Shown here in pieces: positions 18,724 through 27,555 of a stretch of 64,000 nucleotides of DNA. The position numbers and the translations under genes were made by a program. The DNA lies in contig OZ246404.1 of the NCBI GenBank assembly GCA_965230955.1, forward strand, positions 685,426 to 749,425, read 5' to 3'. The DNA comes from an uncultured Candidatus Saccharibacteria bacterium (GTDB lineage Bacteria > Patescibacteriota > CALEFQ01). The notes under the pieces are model-generated. The model saw only the letters and a program-made list of their open reading frames with translations, did no database searches and was not told the DNA's origin. Each line of letters starts with the position of its first letter. Position 1 is the first letter of the stretch.

Positions 18724-19743
18724 TTATATTTTGGTTTCGCGTAAAAATTTGGCCGCATCTTCCGGCTTGACCACGTTGATCATAATACCGGTGCCGTACT
18801 CAAAACCGGCGCGAGTGGTCAGGTGCGGCAGGATCTCCAGATGCCAGTGATAATGATTGTATTCCTGTCCGTCACTGGGCGCGGATTGAATATAATAATT
18901 AAAAGGAGGATTATCCAGGCCGACGTAGTATTTTTTCAGAACCGCTCTCAAGCATTCGCCCAGCTGGACGCGTTCCATGTAATCGACAATTTGGAAAAAA
19001 GGATTATGGCGGCGCGGCAAGATCCAGACTTCAAAAGGATTCTGAGAAGCGTAAGGACAAAGAGCAATAAAACCCTCGTTTTCAAAAACCACGCGCTGTT
19101 TTTTTGCCTCCTTAACTTCGTTCTCGATGATCCGGCAGAAAACGCATTGCTGATGTTTCCGGTAAAAAGACGCCGCACCATCCAATTCCTGGCGCAGATA
19201 ATTGGAAATCACGGGAATGGCAAACAATTGGGAATGAGGGTGAGCCAGTGAAGCGCCGGCTTCTTGTCCGTGATTGTAAATAATCAAAACATATTTGACC
19301 AGCTCGTTGGAACAGTGGACTTGAAAACGCTCTTCGTAGGCGCGAATCATCATTTCCATTTCGGTACTGGAAAAAAGAGCCGGCGGTTTGGAATGATCGA
19401 CGGTGGCGATAATCTCGTGCCAGCCAATCGCTTGGCCGACATGATAAACTTCATGGTGCAATGATTCGAATTTTTGGCCGGGAATGAGCGCCGGAAATTT
19501 ATTCGGGAAAACCCGCACTTGCCAACCGGGCTGGTTCGGTTTACGGTTTCCGGCCGGATACGCCAAAACTTCAGCCGGAGTTTGCTTCTCGTGCCCCTCG
19601 CAAAAAAAACAACCATCAACGACTTTGGGGCCGTTCGTGGGCGGAACTTGCCTGTTTTTGGTGAAATCTTCCGGGCGTTTGGCTCGCTCCGTCGCGATAA
19701 TCACCCATTCGCCCCGCACCAAATCTTTTCTAAATTCCGGCAT
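18724..19743 (-). CDS. galT: Galactose-1-phosphate uridylyltransferase (HIT family)
   Basis: Zinc site CFFCEGHE and active-site AHPHSQ (HxHxQ). Confidence 0.8.
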   Translation of the reverse strand: MPEFRKDLVRGEWVIIATERAKRPEDFTKNRQVPPTNGPKVVDGCFFCEGHEKQTPAEVLAYPAGNRKPNQPGWQVRVFPNKFPALIPGQKFESLHHEVYHVGQAIGWHEIIATVDHSKPPALFSSTEMEMMIRAYEERFQVHCSNELVKYVLIIYNHGQEAGASLAHPHSQLFAIPVISNYLRQELDGAASFYRKHQQCVFCRIIENEVKEAKKQRVVFENEGFIALCPYASQNPFEVWILPRRHNPFFQIVDYMERVQLGECLRAVLKKYYVGLDNPPFNYYIQSAPSDGQEYNHYHWHLEILPHLTTRAGFEYGTGIMINVVKPEDAAKFLRETKI

Positions 19744-19756
19744 ATTTTCTCTTCTT

Positions 19757-19795
19757 AAATCTTATATCTTATATCTTATTTCTTATTTCTTTCTG
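19757..19795. repeat. Heptad tandem array, family D (TAAGATA)
   Basis: Sequence cttaaatcttatatcttatatcttatttcttatttc. Confidence 0.55.
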
Positions 19796-19802
19796 TAGCC
19801 CG

Positions 19803-20636
19803 TCATTGTTGCTGTTTTAATTTCTGCCACCTCTTATCCAGCCCCTCGCCTTTGATCCGGTCATACAAGCCGCTTTTTATTTGTCGTCTGATCCGCAGTA
19901 AGTCCGACATGGTATTGGTATACGAACTGCCTTTGATTAAATCCGTTTCCATGTGGTACCAGGTCACCGGCACTTCGGCGATTTTATAATTCCATTTCCG
20001 AGCCAAGGCCAAGACTTCGATATCAAAGCCCCAGCGCTCAATCGTAATCGCGGAAAAAATATCATGAGCCGCTTTTCTGGTAAAAACCTTGAAACCGCAC
20101 TGGGTATCGGAAATCCCCGGCACCGCCAGCATTCGAATCATCAGATTTCCCGCCCGCCCCATCATCTCCCGCATAAACGGCTGTTTTTTCGCCAGCTTGG
20201 CACCCTTGATGCGGCGCGAACCGATGACGACGTCATAGCCGGCTTCAAACTTGGGCCAGACTTTATCCATTTCTTCAATCCGCGTGGCATTATCGGCATC
20301 CATGAACAAAATATAATCGCCCCGCGTTTGCGCCACGCCGCGCTGAACCGTACAGCCCTTCCCCGGACACGGTTCGTGCAAAACAAAAACCGCCGAGTGC
20401 TCGACTTCGTCACGATATCGGCGCACGACCGCCGCGGTATCATCGGTCGAACCATTATCCACCACAATAATCTCGTACATGTAAGGCTGCTTTTGCAGAT
20501 ACCGATCAATATCAATCAAAGTCGGCTTGATCCGTTTGGCTTCATTGCGTGCCGGGATCACGACCGATAATTTAACCTGCTTGGGATCAGAGCCGGTAAA
20601 TCCCGGATGAATTTTCGACGAGAATTCTAGCGGCAT
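19803..20636 (-). CDS. Family 2 glycosyltransferase (dolichyl/polyprenyl-phosphate sugar transferase-like)
   Basis: Motifs VVIPARNE, VDNGSTDDT and DAD. Confidence 0.8.
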   Translation of the reverse strand: MPLEFSSKIHPGFTGSDPKQVKLSVVIPARNEAKRIKPTLIDIDRYLQKQPYMYEIIVVDNGSTDDTAAVVRRYRDEVEHSAVFVLHEPCPGKGCTVQRGVAQTRGDYILFMDADNATRIEEMDKVWPKFEAGYDVVIGSRRIKGAKLAKKQPFMREMMGRAGNLMIRMLAVPGISDTQCGFKVFTRKAAHDIFSAITIERWGFDIEVLALARKWNYKIAEVPVTWYHMETDLIKGSSYTNTMSDLLRIRRQIKSGLYDRIKGEGLDKRWQKLKQQQ

Positions 20637-20720
20637 AAAAAAGTATTAATTGCTGAAATTTTTATCCTGCCCCGGCTTCATCCGGAAATTATTTTCGCGC
20701 TTGAACATCGGGCGGACAAA

Positions 20721-21131
20721 TCACTCCTCTGGAATATTATCTTGGACTGAATCCAAGTAGGCTTGTAATATCACCTGGGCGCTCAACGAATCAATCGAAG
20801 CTTTGGGATTCTCGCGTTGTAAACGCTGGGCCGCCTGGGTGCTGAGACGCTCATCGGCTAAATGCACGGGGATTTTGGTTTCGGCCGCCAATCGATCGGC
20901 AAAGCTCCTCGCCCGCCGCGCCGCCATCTCGCTGGTGCCGCGCAAGGAGAGCGGCCAGCCAACCACCACCTCGGTGATTTCCTCGTCAATAATCAGCCGT
21001 TGTAAATCGGTAATCAGCTGATCGTCATTTTGCCGTCTCAGCGGTGAGCGAGCCAGAGAAATCCGCGTCTCGCCATCGCCCGTCGCCAAACCGATATTTT
21101 TTTCGCCGTAATCGATACCGAGTAAACGCAT
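20721..21131 (-). CDS. ruvX: Putative Holliday junction resolvase / pre-16S rRNA nuclease YqgF (RuvX)
   Basis: Motifs LGIDYGEKNIGLA and VVGWPLSL. Confidence 0.8.
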   Translation of the reverse strand: MRLLGIDYGEKNIGLATGDGETRISLARSPLRRQNDDQLITDLQRLIIDEEITEVVVGWPLSLRGTSEMAARRARSFADRLAAETKIPVHLADERLSTQAAQRLQRENPKASIDSLSAQVILQAYLDSVQDNIPEE

Positions 21132-21133
21132 AA

Positions 21134-21877
21134 TTATTCCGTTAGAACTTCACAGCCGTCCGCCGTGACCGCTACCGTGTGCTCGAAATGAGCATTGAGG
21201 CGTCCGTCAGCCGAAACAAAAGTCCAGCCGTCAGGCAAGCATTTGACTTCCGGCTGACCGAGAGCCAGCATCGGTTCGATCGCCAGGGTCATCCCCTCTT
21301 TTAATTTTATCCCTTTGCCGGGCGTTCCGAAATTAGGAATCTGGGGCTCTTCATGGACCCGGTGTCCGACCCCATGCCCGACCAAATCGCGAATGACGCT
21401 ATAGCCCTGCTCATCGGCCACTCTTTCCACCGCCGCTCCGATATCGCCCAGAGTATTGCCGGGCTTCACTTGCTGAATCGCCGCCGCTAAAGATTTTTCG
21501 GTTGTATCGATCAGTTTTTGGACGGAACCGGGACCGCGGACAACCAATTGAGATAAAGCCGCATCGGTATATAGCCCTTTATAGCGCACCCCTAAATCCA
21601 GACTGATCAGATCACCTTTTTTTATTAAACGATTGCCAGGAATGCCGTGGACTATTTGGTCATTAAGTGAAACACACAAAGCGGCCGGATAACCCTGAAA
21701 ATTTTTGAAGGACGGTTCGGCCCCGCGCTTGGCCAGCTCTTGCTCGACAAATATTTCTAATTCTTTAGTCTTTATGCCGGGCTTAATTCGTCCGGCCGCT
21801 AAATTTAAAACTTCAGCTAAAATTCGCCCGCCCGCGCGCATTTTCGCGATTTCTTCGGTTGTTTTGATCAGTCCCAA
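21134..21877 (-). CDS. map: Type I methionine aminopeptidase
   Basis: Conserved MetAP fold. In the spc operon it normally follows secY and adk. Confidence 0.88.
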   Translation of the reverse strand: MGLIKTTEEIAKMRAGGRILAEVLNLAAGRIKPGIKTKELEIFVEQELAKRGAEPSFKNFQGYPAALCVSLNDQIVHGIPGNRLIKKGDLISLDLGVRYKGLYTDAALSQLVVRGPGSVQKLIDTTEKSLAAAIQQVKPGNTLGDIGAAVERVADEQGYSVIRDLVGHGVGHRVHEEPQIPNFGTPGKGIKLKEGMTLAIEPMLALGQPEVKCLPDGWTFVSADGRLNAHFEHTVAVTADGCEVLTE

Positions 21878-22016
21878 GGCTTTGAATTACGCAAAAACGG
21901 TCTTTTCCAGCGAGCCGGAAAAGCGATTTTTCCTTTAAAATTATAACATTTTAACTATAATTCTTCAATTTTCAAAAGGGGAAAACTATTCAATTAAAAA
22001 CATGAAATTGTAATCT

Positions 22017-22050
22017 TGATTTTGCATTTTGAATTATGAATTCTGAATTT
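22017..22050. repeat. Family E motif (tttgcattttgaattatgaatt)
   Basis: Similar to the element at 3983-4052. Confidence 0.5.
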
Positions 22051-22105
22051 CTTAAAAAAAATCTCCCCACCCGGTTACCCAGGCAGGGAGAAAAATTCAC
22101 ACGGT

Positions 22106-22870
22106 CTAGAACTCCTCAACCCCCAGCGGAAAACACCCGAGAAGGCTGAGACGACCGCCATCACCGCAGTCCCAGTCGATGCAAAAGAGGCCATTACCAT
22201 CGAAGCCGCCGATCAGCAGGCGCAAATCATCCGAACGCACCGTATCGGTTCGTACCCAGTTGCAGTCCAGCGGAACCCGCTCGCCGATGCGTTTGAAGTG
22301 GGAGAGGATCAGGCCGGAGAGCAGAGCGGCGCTACCGAAATTGGAAAGGTGATGCTCGGGAAGCGAATGAGCTTGCCGGAGATCTGCTAAAAGCTGGAGC
22401 TGCTCATCTTTGTTCTTTCCCGTGCTGTTGGCAACCAACCGAGGCACGAAGAAGACCAGAGCATCAGGCGTCGGCTCGTCATTCTTGAGCTCACAATCCT
22501 GCAAGTACCCGAACCCCTCATAGCAGGGACCGGCCAGCGGGGCGTGAACCTTCAGGATGAAACCGGCACGCACCAGAATCGCTACCGGCCCGGTGTAGCC
22601 CAGGCTGGTCGCAATCTGGCGCCATTCCCGAACAACACGCTCCGCCTCAGTGCGCTCGTAACCCTTGCGGGACACCAGCATCTCGATCGCCTCTTCGTCG
22701 GAAAAGTAAGTAAAGTAAGTCGACTCCACCACACGTCGCACGAGATCTGCCGCGAACGCCTTGAGGTCATCGAGATGATCCACCAGCACGACTAACTCTT
22801 CGTCGGTCAGCTGATCGAGCACGGCGACCACGCCTTTGAAACTCGCTTTTCTTTCTTTCACATTGTCCTC
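22106..22870 (-). CDS. Hypothetical protein with a Cys-rich C-terminus. It is GC-rich and looks foreign.
   Basis: I placed the start at a GTG at about 22870, preceded by GGAGGacaat. GC content and codon usage are higher than in the neighbouring genes. The track start at 22957 would lie inside the flanking repeat. Confidence 0.55.
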   Translation of the reverse strand, partial: EDNVKERKASFKGVVAVLDQLTDEELVVLVDHLDDLKAFAADLVRRVVESTYFTYFSDEEAIEMLVSRKGYERTEAERVVREWRQIATSLGYTGPVAILVRAGFILKVHAPLAGPCYEGFGYLQDCELKNDEPTPDALVFFVPRLVANSTGKNKDEQLQLLADLRQAHSLPEHHLSNFGSAALLSGLILSHFKRIGERVPLDCNWVRTDTVRSDDLRLLIGGFDGNGLFCIDWDCGDGGRLSLLGCFPLGVEEF

Positions 22871-22897
22871 CTTTTCCCGAAATGGGAAAACGCCCTT

Positions 22898-23014
22898 CGG
22901 CGGGATATTTTTTCTGCTATCCAAATTTTTATCATCTGCCCCTGTTATGCAGGGCATCCTTCCATTTCGCCTCGCTCAGGGTCAGGAGACTCAGTCAATT
23001 TACCTTTTGCATTA
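22898..23014. repeat. Left copy of a ~115-bp direct repeat flanking the 23130..23597 gene
   Basis: About 90% identical to 23680-23789. Sequence cggcgggatattttttctgctatccaaatttttatcatctgcc...cgctcagggtcaggagactcagtcaatttaccttttgcatt. Confidence 0.8.
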
Positions 23015-23033
23015 TTTCGTCTCATCCCAATAC

Positions 23034-23062
23034 TTGACAAAAACAGCGAAAGAGAGTATAGT
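23034..23062 (+). promoter_or_regulatory. Sigma70-like promoter TTGACA, 17 nt, TATAGT
   Basis: Sequence cTTGACAaaaacagcgaaagagagTATAGTg, about 70 nt upstream of the 23130 ATG. Confidence 0.6.
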
Positions 23063-23129
23063 GTATATATCGAAATTACCGTTTTTCCAATTCTGGTCAG
23101 CAGTTTATTGACTGCAAGGAGGTACGCAA

Positions 23130-23597
23130 ATGAAATACAGTTTTGGTGTGTTGGCGCTGGTTCTACTGTCTGCCTTTAATTCCGTGCTCGCTGATGCCGT
23201 TGACTTTCCGCCCGGTAACAACAAAAAGATGCCCGAAGTAGGATTGGCCGCTGCCGAGGATTACGGAGATCGACAGTTTGCAGCGTGGTTACCTTACTTC
23301 CCAAGCGACAAGGATCACGGTACCTTCGAAGTAAGCACCCGCTACACTCTGTTCGTGCTAATCCCGGAGAGCTTTGGACCCGGCGCAACCGTCAAGGTTT
23401 CGGTCAGTCGTGAAGACGCAAAGGTTCCAATCGATGCTGAAGTTCTACTTTTATCAGAAAAGCTGACAACACATTTTCCCTTAGCGCCTGATGGCATCTT
23501 ACGTATTCCCGACAGTGGCGCCTCAATCATGTTACGCGCGCTACCGCCCCTGACCGTCAAATTCGAGAAAGTACCGAGCCTAACGGACGCGCAGTAG
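23130..23597 (+). CDS. Hypothetical secreted protein. The signal peptide is MKYSFGVLALVLLSAFNSVLA.
   Basis: ATG ORF with its own promoter and terminator. Flanked by direct repeats. Confidence 0.6.
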   Translation: MKYSFGVLALVLLSAFNSVLADAVDFPPGNNKKMPEVGLAAAEDYGDRQFAAWLPYFPSDKDHGTFEVSTRYTLFVLIPESFGPGATVKVSVSREDAKVPIDAEVLLLSEKLTTHFPLAPDGILRIPDSGASIMLRALPPLTVKFEKVPSLTDAQ

Positions 23598-23611
23598 CGC
23601 ACAACATCAGA

Positions 23612-23655
23612 CGGAGTACCCCAGCCACTATGGCCGGTACTCCGTTCTTTTTTTA
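23612..23655 (+). terminator. Intrinsic terminator
   Basis: Hairpin cggagtacc...ggtactccg followed by ttcttttttt. Confidence 0.7.
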
Positions 23656-23659
23656 TAAA

Positions 23660-23692
23660 AAAACCGCCTCTCGGCGGGATATTTTTTCTGCT
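23660..23692 (-). terminator. Intrinsic terminator downstream of secY
   Basis: On the minus strand ccgccgagaggcgg is followed by a T-run. Confidence 0.6.
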
Positions 23693-23789
23693 ATCCAAAT
23701 TTTTATCATCTGCCTCTGTTATCTAAGGGATCCTTACCCTTCGCTTCGCTCAGGGTCAGGAGACTCAGTCAATTTTACCTTTTGCATTT
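23680..23789. repeat. Right copy of the ~115-bp direct repeat
   Basis: See 22898-23014. Confidence 0.8.
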
Positions 23790-23798
23790 TACCTTTAT

Positions 23799-25082
23799 CT
23801 AGAACCCCTCGTAATCCCTCATCACCAACTGCGCGTCCAGCTGTTTCATCGTTTCAAGAATTACACTGACCACGATCAAGAGTGCGGTGCCGCCCAAAGT
23901 CAGGGTCTGCACGCCAGTGATAAATTGGATAGTGAGCGGTAAAACCGCAATGATTCCCAGGAAAATCGAACCGGTCAGAGTAATGCGATTAGTAATCTTT
24001 TTAAGATAATCGGCTGTATTTTTACCCGGCCGGATTCCCGGAATAAAGCCGCCGTTCTTCTGGATATTTTCGGAAATATATTTGGGATCGAAGGTGACGG
24101 AAGTATAGAAATAAGTAAACGCAATAACCAAAATGAAATAGAAAATCCCGTAAAAAAGCTGATTTTGGAATAAATCGGCCACTTTTTGGGCACCAGTCGC
24201 GACCCAGCCCCAATTAAGACCGGCGACAAACTGAGCGATAACGCCAGGGAAAAGCATAATGGAGATGGCGAAGATAATAGGCATAACTCCGGCTTGATTG
24301 ACCCGCAAAGGCAAATGCGCCGACGTGCCGCCGTACATTTTGCGTCCGCGCACCCGTTTGGCATAAGACACTGGTATATTTCGCTGGCCTTCCGTCAGCA
24401 AAACCACACCGGCGATGGTGACCACTGCGATGGCGCCAAAAGCGATAATACCGGTCAATTGGGTCGGATCAAAAACCGCTACCGTTTGCTGAAGTTCGGC
24501 CGGCAAACGAGCAATAATACCGGCAAAGATCAGCAGTGAAATTCCGTTGCCGACTCCCTTTTCTGAAATCATTTCTCCGATCCACATCAGGAAGATCGTA
24601 CCGCCGGTAACCGTCACGATAATCGTGACAAAATTCCAAAAACTCAAATTGGTAATCAGAGGCACCGGGCCGCGATTAAGTAAGCTAATCAAACTATAAG
24701 CCTGGAGAGCCGCCAGCGGCACAGTCAAATAACGGGTCCAGCGGTTGATCTTGCGGCGTCCTTCTTCCCCTTCTTCCTTGGCGATTTTTTCCAATTTTGG
24801 AATGACCATCGTCAAGAGCTGCAAGATGATGGACGCGGTGATGTAAGGACCGACGCCCAACATGACGATCGACAGGTTATCCAAACCGCCGCCGGAAAAA
24901 ATATTCAATAAACCGAAAAGCTGATTGTTCTGCATGAACGACCGTAAAGCATCGACATCGACGCCCGGCACCGGAATGGCCGCCGCCACACGAAAGACGA
25001 TCAACATCGCCAGGGTAAACAAAATTTTGTTCCGGATCGACGGAATTTTGAAAATCTGGACGATTTTTTGATACCAAGCCAT
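23799..25082 (-). CDS. secY: Preprotein translocase SecY
   Basis: Ten-TM SecY fold with conserved motifs. It follows rplO, as in the spc operon. Confidence 0.92.
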   Translation of the reverse strand: MAWYQKIVQIFKIPSIRNKILFTLAMLIVFRVAAAIPVPGVDVDALRSFMQNNQLFGLLNIFSGGGLDNLSIVMLGVGPYITASIILQLLTMVIPKLEKIAKEEGEEGRRKINRWTRYLTVPLAALQAYSLISLLNRGPVPLITNLSFWNFVTIIVTVTGGTIFLMWIGEMISEKGVGNGISLLIFAGIIARLPAELQQTVAVFDPTQLTGIIAFGAIAVVTIAGVVLLTEGQRNIPVSYAKRVRGRKMYGGTSAHLPLRVNQAGVMPIIFAISIMLFPGVIAQFVAGLNWGWVATGAQKVADLFQNQLFYGIFYFILVIAFTYFYTSVTFDPKYISENIQKNGGFIPGIRPGKNTADYLKKITNRITLTGSIFLGIIAVLPLTIQFITGVQTLTLGGTALLIVVSVILETMKQLDAQLVMRDYEGF

Positions 25083-25142
25083 GTTTTAGTCTTTGGTCGT
25101 TAGTCTTTGGTCTTTGGTCTTTTGTCGCTTGTCTTTGGTTTT
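25083..25142. repeat. Heptad tandem array, family B (TCTTTGG). It overlaps the 3' end of rplO.
   Basis: Sequence tagtctttggtcgttagtctttggtctttggtcttttgtcgcttgtctttgg. It encodes the L15 tail KPKTSDKRPKTKD. Confidence 0.6.
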
Positions 25143-25624
25143 TCAGACTGGGCGGTTGTTTTCGGCTGTCCGACTGTCTCTATCTTTCCGCCAGACTTGA
25201 GAATCGCCGCTTGCGCTGACTGGCTGAAAGAGATATTTCGAAAACGCATAGAATCAATTTTCCCGGCACCGATAATTTTGGCGCCGCCGCGAGAAGCTTT
25301 GATTAAACCGCGCTGGCATAATGATTTCGGAGTAACCAATTCCCCGTCTTTGAAATGCTTGGCCAAACGGCTCAAACTGACTTCCTCGGCATAAAAACGA
25401 GCGGTTCGCGCGCGAGGATTCTTGTAACCCATACCGCGCAATTTGGGAATTCTCTCGACCAACGACGTCTGTTCGCCTTCAAAACCCAGGCGTTGTCGAC
25501 CGCCGCTGCGCGATAGTTGTCCTTTTTGACCTCGGCCGGATTTGGCGCCTTTGCCACTACCAATACCGCGTCCCCGGCGAAGCTTCTTGTGCTGACGAAA
25601 AATTTTGATATCGTTTATTCTCAT
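25100..25624 (-). CDS. rplO: 50S ribosomal protein L15, with a repeat-encoded C-terminal extension
   Basis: GRGIGSGKGAKSGRGQKGQ motif. Confidence 0.9.
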   Translation of the reverse strand: MRINDIKIFRQHKKLRRGRGIGSGKGAKSGRGQKGQLSRSGGRQRLGFEGEQTSLVERIPKLRGMGYKNPRARTARFYAEEVSLSRLAKHFKDGELVTPKSLCQRGLIKASRGGAKIIGAGKIDSMRFRNISFSQSAQAAILKSGGKIETVGQPKTTAQSEKPKTSDKRPKTKD

Positions 25625-26223
25625 TTTTTTGATACAGGTTTAACGGGCGGCTTCGCCGGAACAGCCGGCTTGGACGCCGGGCGATCTGTTTTCGGCTGGC
25701 GCACACCCAACTCCGACAAGGTCTTGCCGCGCGTGGTAGCTACTGTTTGAGGCATTCGCAACGCGGAGAGCGCCAACAAAGTAGCGCGGATATTGTTGAT
25801 CTTGTTGGCAGAACCGAGCATCTTGCTCAGCAAGTTTTTGATCCCGGCCAATTCCGCCACGGCGCGCACACCGCCGCCGGCAATAATACCGGTACCCGGA
25901 CGAGCCGGTTTCAAGAATACCGAGGCACTGCTGTATTTGTAAGTGATTTCATGAGGAATTGTTTCATTGACCAGCGGCACCATAATAAAATTCTTCTTCG
26001 CTTGGTTTACCGCTTTCGCGATCGCCGTCGTCACGTCCGGTCCCTTGGCCACACCCATACCGACTTTTCCCTTACGATCACCAATCACAATAGTAGCCCG
26101 AAAACGAAAACGTTTACCGCCCTTGACGACGCGAGCCACCCGAGCGACATCCACCAGCGATTGGTCAAAATCACGCGGTTTACGGCTTCCACCCCGGCGA
26201 CCGAATTGTTTCTTTTCACTCAT
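25621..26223 (-). CDS. rpsE: 30S ribosomal protein S5
   Basis: S5 dsRBD and C-terminal domain. rpmD (L30) is absent between rpsE and rplO. Confidence 0.9.
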   Translation of the reverse strand: MSEKKQFGRRGGSRKPRDFDQSLVDVARVARVVKGGKRFRFRATIVIGDRKGKVGMGVAKGPDVTTAIAKAVNQAKKNFIMVPLVNETIPHEITYKYSSASVFLKPARPGTGIIAGGGVRAVAELAGIKNLLSKMLGSANKINNIRATLLALSALRMPQTVATTRGKTLSELGVRQPKTDRPASKPAVPAKPPVKPVSKK

Positions 26224-26232
26224 AGTAAAAAA

Positions 26233-26583
26233 TTAAAATTTCAAACCGCCCTCACGGGCGCCTTCGGCCAAAGACTTAACCAAACCATGATAAGCATACG
26301 CGCCTCGATCAAAAGCCACTTCCAGCACTTTTTTCTTGGCCGCGCGATCGGCCACCAATTTACCCACCAGCTTGGCTCGCTCCATACCGGATTTACCTTT
26401 TACTTCCAGATCAGAAGCACTGACCAATGTTTGCTGTTTTTTATCATCAATAATCTGAGCCGTCAGGTGTTTGGAACTGCGAAAAACGCACAAGCGAGGA
26501 CGAAGCGACGTCCCCCGAAGCTTGGTACGCACCCGATGAGCCCGTTTCTGGCGCAGAATCAATTTATTGCTTAGTTCTTTCAT
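26233..26583 (-). CDS. rplR: 50S ribosomal protein L18
   Basis: spc operon order and L18 motifs. Confidence 0.9.
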   Translation of the reverse strand: MKELSNKLILRQKRAHRVRTKLRGTSLRPRLCVFRSSKHLTAQIIDDKKQQTLVSASDLEVKGKSGMERAKLVGKLVADRAAKKKVLEVAFDRGAYAYHGLVKSLAEGAREGGLKF

Positions 26584-26594
26584 AAATATTTAAT

Positions 26595-27146
26595 TTAAGC
26601 GCTACCTTCGGCAGCGGCGGCTTTCTTTCCTTCCTTGCGACGAACATGCTCGTCGGAATATTTTATACCTTTGCCTTTATATGGTTCCGGCGGTTTTAAT
26701 CCCCGGACTTCAGCCGCGAATTGTCCCAGTAATTCTTTTTTGATGCTGGTCAAAATCAGGACATTTTTAACGACCTTCGCCTCAATTCCTTCCGGGATCA
26801 CAATTTCGATCGGATGAGAAAACCCCAAATTGAGAGTCAGCTTTTTACCCTGGACCGCCACGCGGAAACCTACCCCCGTCAGCTCGAGCTTTTTTTCATA
26901 TCCCTGACTGACGCCGATAATCAAATTAGCGACCAATGAGCGCTCTAACCCCCAGAGCATCATGGCGTGTTCTCGTTGGGCATCAACCGTCAGTATTACC
27001 TTGCCCTGATCCGCTTTGACCGTCACGCCCGGATGAAGCGTATGCTTCAACTCGCCTTTACCGCCCTTAACCGAAAGCTGCTGTCCGTTGATTTTAATTT
27101 CAACACCAGCCGGGACAACGATAGGTTTTCGTCCAATCTTTGACAT
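26595..27146 (-). CDS. rplF: 50S ribosomal protein L6
   Basis: I trimmed the start to MSKIGRKPIVVP. Confidence 0.9.
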   Translation of the reverse strand: MSKIGRKPIVVPAGVEIKINGQQLSVKGGKGELKHTLHPGVTVKADQGKVILTVDAQREHAMMLWGLERSLVANLIIGVSQGYEKKLELTGVGFRVAVQGKKLTLNLGFSHPIEIVIPEGIEAKVVKNVLILTSIKKELLGQFAAEVRGLKPPEPYKGKGIKYSDEHVRRKEGKKAAAAEGSA

Positions 27147-27150
27147 AAAT

Positions 27151-27540
27151 TTACCAAATCTTACAAATGATCTCGCCGCCAAGCTTTTGTTTCTTGGCTT
27201 CGCGGTCAGTCATCAAACCCTTGGAAGTAGAAATAATTGAAATACCTAAACCTTGTAAAACCTTCGGCAATTCGGTCGCCCGTCGATAAACCCGACGGCC
27301 CGGTTTGCTGATGCGCTCCAGGGTATCGATAATCCCCTTGCCCTGTTCGTATTTCAACAACAAACGCAATTTGGGACCGCGTTGGCCTTCTTGTTCTTCA
27401 AAATCAGCCAAATAACCTTCCGCTTTAAGAATTTCAGCCATCCGCTTCTTGATCTTTGAGAACGGCACAAAAACTTCCTCAAGCTTGACCGCTTGGGCAT
27501 TACGGATGCGTGTTAGCATGTCGGCAATAGGATCATTCAT
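27151..27540 (-). CDS. rpsH: 30S ribosomal protein S8
   Basis: MNDPIADMLTRIRNA. Confidence 0.92.
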   Translation of the reverse strand: MNDPIADMLTRIRNAQAVKLEEVFVPFSKIKKRMAEILKAEGYLADFEEQEGQRGPKLRLLLKYEQGKGIIDTLERISKPGRRVYRRATELPKVLQGLGISIISTSKGLMTDREAKKQKLGGEIICKIW

Positions 27541-27555
27541 AAATATATTGACGTT

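Noticed and set aside
22871-22957. Track N-terminus MPCITGADDKNLDSRKNIPP... of the 22106..22957 ORF, and the similar N-terminus of the track ORF 23342..23698
   Set aside because: Both are translations of the ~115-bp direct repeat read on the minus strand. The real gene more plausibly starts at the GTG at about 22870, which has a GGAGG RBS. 23342..23698 is antisense to the secreted-protein gene.
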